From NCBI GenBank assembly GCA_030704615.1, contig CM060732.1, positions 71,424,001 through 71,488,000 on the forward strand: 64,000 bases of DNA. The letters are read 5' to 3'. The position numbers and the translations under genes are program-made. Every line of letters starts with the position of its first letter. The first letter of the stretch is position 1. Source of the stretch: Takakia lepidozioides (Eukaryota > Plantae > Bryophyta). The notes under the pieces were generated by a model that saw nothing but the letters and a program-made list of their open reading frames with translations, searched no databases and had not been told where the DNA came from. Shown here in pieces: positions 26,190-39,700 of the stretch.

Positions 26190-29100
26190 CATTTGCAGCC
26201 GGAGCAATCCGCCTCAGTTGTCTTGCCGATGGATGAGGGCGTGTTTCTCAAAGGCTTGTGGGGCCTCAGGTGGGCGTCCTTCAACATGCTCTTTTCTCCT
26301 TCATATAATATAGTCCATATAATATAGTGGGGCTCGTTGAAAACGAGCCCCTTTCCGTGGATGGATGTTTAGTAGATAAGGGACCTGCAACTTGCAATCT
26401 CATTGGAGGGTTTCATGCGAAGTTCCATGATAGGAGACTCCAATCCATCCATCTAGTCATATGGGATTCGCCATAGGGCCCACCCACCAAAAGGAGCAAT
26501 AGCTTTAATGTGAATTGGCTCTTAGTTGCGCCGGTCTCGACCAGAGAAGAGTCTTCTCTCTCTGGATTTTCTCAGCCTCCGTAGCTCAATCTCAGGCTTG
26601 TTCCATGGGACCGGAATGAGTGAGTTGCGCAGATGGGGACAGTTAGGAACCATCCTCTTTTGTCAAGCATGATGGCAAAGAAGAAATACTAAAGATGAAT
26701 GGTATGACATTGAGAATAGTTTTTTTTTTTTGGTGGTGGATGGTTGACAAGTTGGTAACGGGCGATGGTGGACACAGATATGCACTATTAATTTGTATGA
26801 TATTCGTTACCACAACTTGCAACTTCCATTAATGGAGGGTCCTAGAATATATATTCCTCCTCATGTGACTTGCCATGAGCCTCTATGAAATGTATCTCAT
26901 GGCAACTAATGCAATTTGTCCAATTGCGTATATCGGATGGAGCATATGCCTATCATCTCATACATACATGAAAAAAACATAGATGAATTTACACACCAGT
27001 AGGGTGGGGTAGTTAATGGAACAGTATTGCTAAGTATACAAGTCCAGTCAGATTGATTCCATGACGACTGATGAGGATATGATGATTCCTAGGGCTGTCC
27101 AACGTAGAGCATGGTATCATCAGTATTCCCTGAAAGACTTCAGATTCCACCCAGAGTTGCAATGTGACAAAAACAACCTGGCATCACTAGAAAGCTTCCG
27201 ATAGTGGAAGTTTGAAGATGGTTCTTACCAAACGACTATTTTATATCTAAGCAAATCAGATTGGCAAATTGGCTTAGGGATGCGAAACAGACATTCTCAA
27301 GAAACAAGCCTCAACTCTTCGTCAACACGCAGAATGATACTGTGATGCCTCATCCAAAAGGGATACAAAATCTTGGACGTAGGGTTTGACCTCATTTGGA
27401 CTGCCACATTAGTCGAGTGGACAATCCCCCATTCATCATCAAGGTGTTAGTGGAGAAATCCATCAATAATGGTTACGTACATGGCTGTACAAAGATCACA
27501 GCTTTGCTTAGGAGAGCAAATGTTCCACAGGAGTAAACTGTGTGAGGTGGCTGGAATGGATCCACTCCTACTTTGACAATAGCTTGAGACTTCATGGATA
27601 TGCTTTGAATCATTAGCAACACTCCTTAAAAGGAACACAAAAATGATTCTATATGCAAATTCAACTCAGTTCCCTATTGTATGTCATGTTATGATCTCAC
27701 AGATCTCTCCTAGAGTAGATAGCTGCGATATATCTATCCAAGACACTCAAGATCTTGTTCATAGAAAACTCCAAGCAAGTTTCATGGCCTCTGCCAAGAA
27801 TTCTAACCCGAATTTCACGAAGCAATGGAGGGGTGGGAATCAGTCATGGGTGGATACGAAGGTGAGGCAATCAGGCTGCAACTGTGATGCTCTCCCTTCC
27901 TGTTTCAACACCCGGTGTAGTTCGATCTTCTGCAATTTTCCATTCACCCATCGCCTCTTTATTGCCAACTAGGTTAAGCCAAAATGGAGCCAAAAAAACT
28001 GCAATCAAGAACTAGTAAAACACTGCAGCACAGCTTTCAAAGCTATGGAGGTAATCAAAGCAAAGGAAAAAATCAAATTTCACTAGCTAATCCCTGGTCT
28101 ATGTATGCCGTCCTCACAGCCTGTTTAGAGATCAGTGGTATCAAATTCCCACTTCTTTCCAATTGGTAGCTGAAATAACTAACTCCAGATTCTTGGCACA
28201 ATGATGCTGGGACTTTGTGCAGGAACTGGCAAGGAGTGCTGAATTTCTTCCTGGCTGCTCTGATCAAGTCAACCCTGTTGGTGGATGATCAACGCACATG
28301 GCCCCGTTAAAGCTCATGCAGTATGCTTATGAGCATAGTGGATATGGTGAAGTATTTGGCGAAGCATATGTGGTAGAAGCTGATGTCATCTATGTGGATC
28401 TGCTTTCCTTTGCATTGGGGAGAGAGTGGCATATCAATCAAATTAAAGATCTAACACTTCTGGACGTGGTGGGGGTAGAAGTCTGGGGGTACCTCAGTAA
28501 AAGAAGCCTGGAAAATATGGGACGCCGGGTGAAGCCTTGGGATGATCGTTCCCTCCTGCAAATGTTGTCCAGAGTGAGGAGCAGAATGGATGGTTGATGG
28601 TCCAGTTGAAAGTCTCAATTCTGGTATAAGCTACACAAGGTGTTTGCAGTTTACTAGTAGTGAGAGAATGTAACCTTATACATCCAATACGATAGCTTAC
28701 ATATGGTACAGTCTCGAACTGGTAAGTACCAATACCCCTTTTAGGTTACCCAGAAGCTCTTTGACTTGACCCCACCCTATTTTAACCCCGCCACCCACCC
28801 TCACTTTGCGTCTAGTGCAAATACAAACTAGAAGGCTTACAGACGATGGAGATTCAGATGCAGCAAGCAACGTGGAAAACTAGTGGAAGACCTGTGCTCC
28901 ACTGGTAAAAGCAAATGACTGAACTTCCTTTGTTTCAGTGGGTTTGAGAGTGTGGCAGCGGCCAACATAACAAAGGATTTATTCAAGCCTCCAGGAATAG
29001 GCAACACTTTCCCTTCTCTGTTTCAATGCATGTTCATTCTGTAGCCTGCAGGGATGTTTTAATATGGAAGAACATACTGCTGATCCATCAGGTCACAATC

Positions 29101-32100
29101 CTTACCTACAATTCCACATTGAATTCTAAAGATCCAATTGACACATCAGCTGTGCTTCACTAGGAATTGCGGCCAGAGACCCCATTGGGAAAGAGAAAGT
29201 GGTGGGGAGGTAGGGGGTAAAAGAATCAGACTAGAGGGGAGGCTAGTTGAGGTGCAAAGGGCTCACTCAGTGATGTTATTAGATTGAGACAGAAAAAGAG
29301 AGTGTGTACCTGGCTTCTGGTACCAAACAGGCCTTTCAAGGTGATGTTCTTGCCTGCGCAATGCATAGCCAAGACATCAAACTCCTGATTCAACGGAACA
29401 ACAGAACATCTTGGGGGAGCAACTGAGGCATTGGTTTCTGCTGTTGAAGGGGTGGAATGGTCCATCGTCACGTCAAAGAAATAATGATAAAATCATCCTG
29501 GGCCTCTTAAGAGTATACCTGAGTCCACATCCAAAGCTTGCAGTACAGTGACAGTTCCAGATACCCACTATTTTCTCCAGACGAATGAAGAACAGATGAA
29601 AGACTACAAATGCAAAGAGAGAATAGCCTGTTTGACAGAAATTGGGAAACAATGTAACTTGATGGTCGCACTCTCTCTTTGTATTTTCCTGGCCAATCCA
29701 GGTATGGTAGATAATTCATAATCTTGGAAACGCATGTGTTGGAACAGAGCCACGCACCAGATTTCCTGGACATAACATCATCAAACAGCTTCTCCAACTC
29801 TCTGGAAGCAACTTGCACCTGTAAACCAATATTTCTCGCCATGTCAAATGCAATTGAGATATGGTGTTATGACATTACATGTTTACCACTTTAACTAAGA
29901 AAGGCACTTACTAAACTTGAACTTGTTACCACTAGGGTAGCACGTGTGTTGGCCCAAGTGTCCAATGTCATCTATGTCCAAGTGCAATCCAAGCGCGTCT
30001 CCTATGTCGAGGCCCATGTGTGAAGAATTGAAATCGATATACTAAGATGATGTTTGGATGTTTGTTTAGTTACATGAGTTTATTGAGTAGTAATATATCC
30101 AATCATTGTTCCAGGAAAACCCACTTTGCTATTTTTCACGAATTTCCAGTGACCAAAAGTACTTGAAATTCCTTATCTCCCACACCGCAGGTCCATAAAT
30201 TATGAGACCAAGTCGGTGCACCCCTCCTCATCGAGGGCTTTCCAACGGTACCAAGCACCAGGGCTGGGGCCCCGCGGTTTGGGACATCTCAACGCTACAA
30301 ACAAACAAACAAACAAACAAACAAACTACCTTGCTTCATATATTGATGTTGGTAGGACTCCCCTTAGACATTTATCTCTCTAGTTCTCTCTCTACATGAG
30401 GTTTTCTCCCTGTCCTCTAGGAAGCCTATTGACATTGGGTGGACTTGAAACGGGAGTACATTAATGTCTCTGTGACTAAATGCCGGCCTTGTGACCTCGT
30501 GTCCTTGTTTGTTTCGACCTGAAGCGCTTTGCTTCAGGTAAGGTAGTGCATTGGATTTAGTTGGAAAGCTTGGGGCCTTTCCCTCTTTAGAATATGCCTA
30601 CATGGGCCATTCCCTGCAACTCCCTGGAGTGTGATCTCTGAATGGTAACAAGCGGACTCCTACCGCTTGGGGGCAGCCCCTCCGCCCAAATTGGGCAGTC
30701 GTATGCTCTGTCTAGCATACTCGGCACTTGGGCTCGGGTTGGTTCCTGTGCTTAAACTTATGGCCTGCGAAAACAATAAAAAATTTAGCTCCTATCAACA
30801 TCAACACTCCTCAGGGTGATCCCTGGGAATTGGTTACTTATGCCAAATCTAGGGCTTCATGTGTAGTTTTTGGGGTGAATCCCAGGATGGACGATGTGTC
30901 CTTTAAAACTACATGCTCTAGCTTAGGCTTGGATTTCATGGCTAATGGGTACCATCTCGAGACTTGATAACAGGGGTACGTTGAAGGTTGCAATGACCAA
31001 AAGTGCTTCTAATAGAGTCCCGCATCAATTCAATCTCAAAGAAGTTCGTCCCTTGACTGGCTGGAGAGCGGTCTTAGACATTGGTGATTCAATGGGGCGC
31101 TCTAGGAAGACAACCAAGGGCAACAACTTCAACTTGAGAGTTTCTAATCGGTTTGATGCTCTGGATGAGGTTGAATCCAAACAGCCAGAAGGACAAGATG
31201 CCCCTAAGTGTACGGAACCTGAACGTCCTGAATCTGAAGGATTTGGTACTCTGAATGGTTTACCAATCCTCAAGGTTTACACAAGACGAACAAATTCTAT
31301 ACACGGGGTAATTGTCCCCAAGCCGTCAGATGGACAATCTGTCCCTAAGTGTGCAGAGCCTGAACGTCGTGTAACTGAAGGATTTGGTACTCTAAATGGT
31401 TTACCAATCCTCAAAGTCTACACAAGACGAGCAAAATCTATACACGGGGTAATTGTCCCCAAGCAGTCTGACGGACGATCTGCCCCTATGTGTGCGGAGC
31501 CTGTGCGTCGTGTAACTGAAAGATTTGGTACCCTGAATGGTTTACCAATTCTCAAAGTTTACACAAGACGAGCAAAATCTACACATGGGGTAACTGTCCC
31601 CCCTTTGCAGAACGGTTGGCCGTCCAGGAGCAATCACAAGCTACCTAGACGACAAACAATTCACACGCAAAGGGCTGGCTTGCGGCTGGCCACTTTCAAC
31701 TTCTCAGGGTTGACCAACCAAAGGAAAGTGGGACAAGTTCTTCGGACTAATGATATTCATATCTGTGCTGGGCAAGAAACATGGGAAACGTCGGATAAAC
31801 TGATTGGACATTGGTTATAAATGGGCAGGTAAGATGTGTACTCTCAAGGCAGCCTCTGCCAAACGCGGTCAAAAAGGGGTCGGATTCTTTGTCCATGATT
31901 TCTTGTTTGACAATCGTGAAATTATCAACAAGGGTTTGAGGTACGAGCATAGTATCTGGCTAAAACTGAATTTGAAGGGCGGCATGAGTACAAAGGACCT
32001 CTTTGTTGGTTGTGTTTACATGCCCACAGAGGGGACCCTTAGTGCTGATGCAGACAAGGCCTTCGAAGATGTAAAGCTGGACTGTGCTTCGTTCCTTGCC

Positions 32101-35100
32101 AAAGGTCAGGTGGTACTATTGGGGGACTTCAATGCCCGGGTGGGCAAAGGGATCCATCAGGACGATATCATTGGACCTTTTGGTGAGGACGAGCTGAATT
32201 CTAATGGCAGACGGTTAATTAACTGTCTAGAAGAGCTTCAGCTTTTGACCTTGAATAACAGGACAAGAGGTGACCAAGTGCAGTGGACTCGTGAGAAACC
32301 CCAAACTGGGGAACGTTCCATTGTGGACAATATCATAATGGACAAAATTTTGTTCCCCCAGTGTGCCAATGTGTTGATCGACAGAATTGATATTGGTACC
32401 TCTGACCACTTCCTGGTTTGGACTGAGATCAAAAGGTGTTCAGAAAAATTCCACAATGAGGAGGTCAAGGCTGAGTACGTCCAGGCCTTGCAAGAGGCTC
32501 TCCCTCATTTTGTCCAATCGCTCCAAGAACTTCAGTCACGCTCTGTTAACGCAAGAAATGAAGTCGAAAGAGCAGTGGACTCTTGGGAGAGTTTCGTTTC
32601 CTCCGTGGCTGACAAGATCATTGGGAGGAAACTAATTGTCTGCGGTAGAGCAGTTAATTGGTGGACTAATGAGATTAAACTCAAGATAGCTGAGAGACGA
32701 GCCCTCTATAAAGAGTGATGCAATTTGGAAACCAACAGAGAATTGTGGGCGAGGTACTACCAGCTCCGTAAAGATATCAATCAGCTTGTTAGGTCTCAGA
32801 AGAAATTATACTGGGACAAGTTATACAGTGAAATAAACTCAAACCACCATGGTGGTAATGACAAGAAATTCTGGTTGGCCCTTCAACGTTTGTACAAGCT
32901 GAAAAACGGTCAGCAAGTACAAGCGCTGAAGAGTACTAAAGGTGCAGTGGTGACTTCATCGGTTGACATTGTCAAAACCTTTGAAACTCACTACAGTATC
33001 CTTGGCAGAACTTCTAGGTCTAACAGTGAGGGGTCTTCTGCTGAATGGAGGGACACAGTTGGAAAAACTGTTCCTATGATTCAAAACAGCCCTGATGAAC
33101 TGGAGTATATTTCAATGGCTTATAATGCTCCCATTAGTTCTTCTGAGATTGTGGAAGCAATTGAACATTTAAATGGATACAAAGCTGGTGGACCTGATGG
33201 TATTGTCAACGAGCTTATCAAGCACGGTGGCGATCCCATGATAGAGACCCTAGTTCTCCTCTTTAACCTTATCTGGAAGACTGAAATGATCCCCTTTCGC
33301 TGGCGACAGGGGGTCATTGTCAATCTATACAAGAAGGGTGACAGAGAAGAACCGGGGAACTACCGTGGCATCACGCTCCTCAATGCTGTTGGCAAGACAT
33401 TCTGCAGAGTTATAAGTACTCGTCTCGAGGTTGATCTGGAGTCTAGAGGTTGTTTCCACGAAGGCCAAGCTGGCTTTCGGCGAAACAGGGGCTGTGTGGA
33501 TCATATCTTCACTCTAAGCCAGATATCCAGGGAAGGAAAAAAGAAGGGAAACCCACTTATGTTTTTTTCCTGGATGTCAAAAAGGCTTATGACACAGTGT
33601 GGAGAGATGGCCTATGGTTCCGCCTCTGGTCTTGTGGGATCAAGGGAAAGATGTGGAGAGTTGTCCACAACTTGTATGCTCACACCAAAAGCTGTGTCAC
33701 TGTTAACGGACAGAAGTCCAACTTCTTTGACATAGACCAAGGTGTAGCTCAAGGATGTACTCTCTCCCCTCTGCTCTTCAATGTTTTCATCAATCAACTC
33801 CTCGAGGATGTGGAAAGTGAGGGATTTGGGTTAAGGGTGGGTGATACCACCATACCAGCCCTTATGTTTGCGGATGACTTCGCAGGCATAGGGGAGACTC
33901 CAACCAATCTCCAGGAGTTGATTGATTGCGCGAAGAGATACTTTGATCTTTGGGGGCTAGAGGCTAATGTCAGCAAATGTGCAGTGGTAGCATTCAACGA
34001 CAGAGGAGAGGGAGGAAGTGATCTTAAGTGGCAGTGGGGTAGCCAAGAGATCCCGGTCCTCCCTTCCTACACTTACCTGGGCGTTGAGTTCTCCTCCAAT
34101 TGTAATTGGGATGCACATATCTGGAAAGTTGTTCAAACTGGCAAGGGCAAAGCTCTGGGGCTCACTAAATTTTTCCACTGCAGAGGGGTCAACTCTGAGG
34201 TTAAGAAAACCATGCTTTGTCGTGTTATTAGACCTGCCTTGGAGTACGGATCTGCTATATGGGTTGATAACTCCAACCAGGCTAAGTCTCTAGAATCCAT
34301 TCAAGTGGGGGTGCTTAAGGAGTGTATGTCAGCATGCTCCAAAACAGCCAATGTGGCGGTTCGGGGTGAGTTTGGCATTCCGTCCTTCAGCTCCCGACGA
34401 GATGAATTCAAGGTCAGATGGTGGGGTCAGCTGCAACATATGCCCAACACCAGATATCCTAAGTTAATCGACTCTATATCTTGGAAACAGGACCGCCCTG
34501 TCAACAGGCTAAGTCCTGGCAGAAGAGAGTAGAAGAGATCCTCAAGGACCTGGACCTGGATCCGCAAGTCTTGACACTGCTGGATAAATCTGACTTAGAG
34601 GCTGTAGTGTCCTCAGCCATGTCTATTGCCATGAGATTGTCTGATGAAAATGAAGTTAAGCAGAAAACTTCCCTGAACTTGTTTCCAGTCTGTGACATGG
34701 GGGAGGACATCTTGGATGACCTCAAGGGTCTATCCACTCTCGGCACTAGACTGAAATTTAAACTCAGGGCAGGAAGCCTACCTTTGAACAGCAAACAGAA
34801 GCAGAGAGGAAAGGGAGAGTGCAATTGCCCATTGTGTGGGCAATCTGAAGACAGTATTCATTTTCTGATACACTGTCCGGGGTTCTCTCACCAAAGAGAC
34901 GCTCTCTTCAAATCTATTAAGGGAATTGCGCCTGTACCCCTGTTTACCAACTTTGAAAGTCTCGAGGCTGAGCCAAAAGCCCAGGCCCTCCTGAGGCCTA
35001 GTTTTTGGGCAAATCACACACAGCAGATTGATGCTTGTGTGAAGGGATTTCTAGACGATATCTGGAAAACCCGGATTAATTCTTTATATGGAGGTAAGTC

Positions 35101-36350
35101 TTACTACCAACGTCAGCCCCTGACAGAGGTAGGTTCTGTCCCTTTTGTTCCCGCTCAAACTGGGCGCGGGGTCAATGGCCACAAGGCTACGGCAAACAAC
35201 GTCTTATGAGTACAATCTCTACATGAGGTACAGACATTCTTTGATGTGTTTCCAATTGGTTTCTTGCTGTTCTACTTTGTCCATGGGCATTAGGGCACCT
35301 GTGAACATAGAACAGCTTCATAGTTTTCCTCTTTGTTTCTCAACAATCCACCCCTCCTCAGCTCTATGTGAGCACCCTGACAATTTTGGGGTGGTTTTGT
35401 GTCCTGGTTAGTCAAAAAACTCAAGGACCAGCTTTAAGAGTTTGAGAAACCCAGGAGGAAAATTCCTAATTGACAGGGAACAGCGAATGAATACCTCTCT
35501 TACTTTGAGCAATATCCTGCGTCCCCCCTTTATCATCCATTAGTTTCTTCATTACACACTCTACTAAAGAAGTTTGACATTCACCTCAGTCAGAGATGTT
35601 TTGTACGAGAGTTTCTGAGTGTCTTGTGGTGGCGGGTCACGACGAGGGCCTGGCTCTTTGTTCCTGGCCATGTGAGCTGCATAGCATTGCTGCATGCCTC
35701 TTGCATTTGCATACCTGATTGGTGTAAAATGCAAGCCCAAGCAAGACAAATATTGAATTTGACCGACTGCAGGATGAAGGGATGGAGATTGTGCAGGGAT
35801 GGCGTTCTAGGCCTACTAAGCCACTGGAGTTGGCTCATGGCTAGATATATCAGCTGTCAAATATGCTTTTATTGAAATGACATGTGAAGTGACAACACAT
35901 CTTGGCCAGCAGATTCCACCAGGCAGTGGAGGTCAATGACATTTTTTATCTGAATTCATTGTTCCATACTTAATTCCCAGGAACCTGTGGCAGGAAAATT
36001 AGTTCAGCTCTCGGCTCATTAATTGGCTGCTTTGGCTTTTCTCCAAACAATGTCGCTATTGATGTCTATAACAACCAACTTAAAGCAAGTGTGAGCTCTT
36101 TTCAAATTCTTGATAAAGCAATGGTGTATGAATAAAATCAATCTGGCATACCTGTAAGAGTGGGTCCCCTTTCTCTTTCCCTTTACTGCCAGGTGGACAT
36201 TCGCGTCCCATGGTGTTTCCTCCCGTAGATTGACAGAGCGCAAAGTTAGGTGCTCCACCTGTTCCTCTTTGCCCTTGGCTTTGCGATGCAGTCTTATCTT
36301 TGGCAACCTTGCACCAAGCTTCAAACGTTGCTGGCGTATGCCCTTTGCCT
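26190..36350 (-). CDS. Putative multi-exon gene of unknown function; an intron carries the Helitron and the LINE
   Basis: Exon-like segments with plausible splice sites at ~36150-36350, 35570-35740, 29660-29818 (VQVASRELEKLFDDVMSRKSGAW), 29310-29475 and 26190-26290. No recognisable domain, no full model built, and it may be continuous with the gene at 36745-41466. Confidence 0.35.
29932..30346 (-). mobile_element. Non-autonomous Helitron (415 bp)
   Basis: The minus strand begins A|TCAATATATGAAG, carries a (GTTT)n microsatellite near the 5' end, and ends with an imperfect hairpin CACTTG-GGCCAACA-CACGTG followed by CTAG|T. It sits between A and T with no TSD. Confidence 0.8.
30728..35209 (+). 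pseudogene. LINE polyprotein (N-terminal region + APE + RT + Zn finger) broken by a few frameshifts and one stop
   Basis: Overlapping ORFs 30728-30967, 30945-31820 (LATFNFSGL, AGQETW), 31804-32718 (LLGDFNAR, SDHF), 32725-33735 (KKGD..PGNYRGITLL, QAGFR), 33450-34532 (LDVKKAYD, GVAQGCTLSPLLF, MFADD, YLGV) and 34481-35209 (CPLCGQSEDSIHFLIHC). Confidence 0.93.
31190..31600 (+). repeat. Three in-frame 141-bp (47-aa) tandem repeats in the LINE N-terminal region
   Basis: Unit EGFGTLNGLPILKVYTRRxxSIHGVIVPKxSDGxSxPxCAEPxRRVT, starting at ~31236, 31377 and 31518. Confidence 0.93.
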
Positions 36351-36744
36351 GATGTGAGTACCTGAGCCCATCAGTTTTGTGACTGGATTACTCCTACCCC
36401 ATTGTTGCACATATAACATTTTGACTAGGTGAGTAGCCATTCACTGTTTCCCACCTTGATCTTTTTTCCATCACCAGTGAAGGCGACTTTGAAACAGGAG
36501 CATTGGCAAGCAGATAAGAGAACAAGGCAACTTGTCTCAGTCCTATGGCATGCTTGATTGAAGATGTAATGTACAGGACGTTTACACAGCTGGTCAGAAA
36601 GGAATTGAGTAGCTAATTTCAAGATGTCTGAGTCAGGATGCTAGATTGAGATGCTACATTGAGTCGAGTTCTGGTGCTCCTTCTGCTCTGATCATATGTC
36701 AGACAGGAGGAGCTCCAACTGATCTGACTTCTCCACAATTGAGA

Positions 36745-39700
36745 CTAAGCCAAAACTGACCTGGGGGAATGACTGGGTCCCGTTCCTGAAGGCAACGCTA
36801 TCTCAGTTTCTAGCAAGGAGGTTTCCTTTGAGACCCTGTACAAAAGCTCCGAACCATCAGGACCCCGAGCTTCCATCTGTACGTACTTCTCTCGGATTCG
36901 GTCAGGACCCCCAGCTTTTTGACGGTTAAGGACTTTCAAGGACTGTCCAACCTCAATCCCACCCTCTGCTTTCATCGGGCTTCTCCGTGACACTGTTTCA
37001 ACATCGCTGATGTAGTCCCATGATCCCTCTTCCAAGGTTATTGAAGAGGACTTCTCGTAGTTGAAGAGACGGCTCTGGACCTTGCTGTAGTTTGTCTGCT
37101 CAAAGTAATACAGAAGTATGAGGAAAAGATCCTGTCGTAAAAGCCCCAATCTGGTGGCCCCAATCAGTGGATGCGCAGTGTACAGTGAATAAGTTGGTGT
37201 GATTGTTTGATCCTTAAGCTTGTAGATGCACATGCGGAAAGCTCTGAGAAAAAAGAAGCATATGTACACCTTGAATCATTACCAATTTGCAAACTAATTT
37301 GGAGCTGGTAGTGTGGAGCAGACCTGGATTTAGCATGGGCATGATTCCATCAGAATTTTAGCTCCATAAGCATGCAGTTACAGTATCAAAGATGACGAGA
37401 TAAGGCACACCTTCTTCTTGGAAGCTGGACGATTGCTGCCCTTCGGCTTGCCACGAGAGAGCTTGGTCTCCAGCTCAGGCTCCAAGTGCGAACTCACCAT
37501 TGGCTTCACCTGCCCGCTCATGCACACATACCTCATCAGACCTATCTCAAGTCCCGCAATACTTTCATTTTTTGTGAAAGAAAGGGGTTTGGGTATATAA
37601 AGTTTGACTCGACCAGGGATAAACAGACTATGGAGCTATTGCAGATCTCTTTCGTGGCAAAATGGTTGTGGAAAACCGCACCCTTTGGAGATTTTCTGGG
37701 CAGGGTTTGGCACAATCCATTGGAGTTTGAGGCTTTATCATCTTCCTCAACAGGCTCTGATCGCTACCAGAATATTGGTCACCAGTAAGATCCAGCACAG
37801 GCAGGTCCAAAAATTGCTAGTTCACTGGACTTCTCCTCAGACATGCTGTCCATTGAAATCTGCCTCAATTTGATCTACCCACAGAGATCCTCCTCACAAA
37901 GCAGGACAGAAATGGGCCGATCAGACATAAATGAGGATCCATGCGCAACATACAAGGGGCCTGGAGCGTCAGCTCACCACAGAAGTCCAGTGTTACAAGG
38001 ATAATTTGATTGACATCGGGGAAACTATATCCTGATGCCTTACTACTTGTTCGCCATGTTCTCTGCATCACTGACCAAGGCTTTCGACACTTGCAGAGTC
38101 AGCTGGCACAATCTCCAGATCGAGACAGGATGATGGCTTGACATACTGCATGAGGAGAAGATTTTCCCATCTTGCACCTTGGAAGAAGTGGAGTCAGAAC
38201 TTTATTTCTCTCTGCTCTGGGATTAGAGAGAGATATTCTCTCTTTTCAGAGGTCACTCATCCCTGGCATGTGTTTATTTATGAAGGCAAGAAATGCTTGG
38301 CAACTTACCTTCTCTAGGCAGACATCACGAAGCAACAACTTATGCATAATCTTGTGGGCTTCCTGTGGACGTCATCACGTACCTTTCTTCTTACTTCTAT
38401 AGCACTCAATCCCAAGATTCTCTCCCCCTTTTTCCCATCCCTTCCCTATCCCCTCCTTTCAAAAGGCCCTTAAAAGTGTAATTGTATGATAGAAGCTCAA
38501 CAACCTTGGACCAGTCAAGCTTGTGCGGAGCCATTATGATAGACTTGCGCCGCAGAAATGGACGCTTCGGCACATCAGGCTGCTCTTCATACTGCAGCTG
38601 ATCCAGTTGATTGGGCATGCCCCCACCCCCCCCAACTGGACACTCTTCGATGGGTTTATGCTGCAGCAATGCCTCAAAATTTTCTTGCATGTTCTGGGGT
38701 TCTTGAGATGGCTTGAGGTGACCTGAATTGAGAGAGTAGCGTTCCATCACCCCAGAGGCCAAGAGAGCTTGCTTTGGTGCCAGTGGTGCAGGCTGTCTGT
38801 CAGATTTATACAAAACAAGAGCATATCACATAAAAAGCACAATAACCAGTCCACACACAGTGAGGATTCCAGAAACTTCACATACATATAGGCAGGAATA
38901 CAAAGAATAAACATAGGGTTTGTGATGTGATTGTGTTTGACATCCATCACGTTCTTGGGATATGCCGAACCAAGTCTGCAAAAGGTGTGAAGTGACTGTA
39001 ACGAGTCAAGATATGCAGTACATTCCTCACGGCAAGTGACCTAGATTTTGCATGGCAAGGGAAGATCTCACATGAAAATCAAAGCCTGAAACATGTGTTC
39101 CAAGCAAAGTCACCCATCTGTGAAGCAAACATTTGCAAGTTTGCCTGCATATACTAACCTAGCGTAAATGCTTTTAACAAACTGTGGGCGAAACCTTACT
39201 TGTTGGAGACCAGAGGACTGGCTTCAGTGTTCAGCACCCGTGGGCGCTCATGATGGGACCTTGGAGGTTTATACACTGGATCTGGGCAGTTAGGTGAATG
39301 GGTGAAATACCACTGGCATTTGCCCATGTTGCTACCAGGGCTGTGGTACTGGTCTGAGCCTCCCTTCAGCATGCTGCCCTCTGAAAGCTTTCTTAGTGAA
39401 GTCATAGATGTTTGAGAGTGCACGTTCACTTTCTCCATCGATGAGATCGATGAGATCGCTGAGAGCCTCAGATCACCCGAGCGTTGGATTGCCAAGCCAG
39501 GTGTGTTTGGTGAAGTAGACCTGGATTTTATAGGGATGTTAGACTTCTGTGGACGAATCTGGCCTGGGTTCTTTGTTTGAATAAGAATATCGCAGGAAGA
39601 ATATCATTGAAACACAAGGACACCTTCCAAAGGCAAGTCACCTGGAGGTGCAGAGAACAAGTGGTGTTGCTGGACACCTTTTAAGTAGGAATCGGGCCTC

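Larger units (their letters stand above)
30403..35215 (+). mobile_element. Full-length non-LTR retrotransposon (LINE family 1; RTE/RTEX-like), 4813 bp, 14-bp TSD
   Basis: TSD TCTCTACATGAGGT at 30389-30402 and 35216-35229. Encodes APE endonuclease, RT and a C-terminal CCHC-type finger. Clade assignment is by motif resemblance only. Confidence 0.95.
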
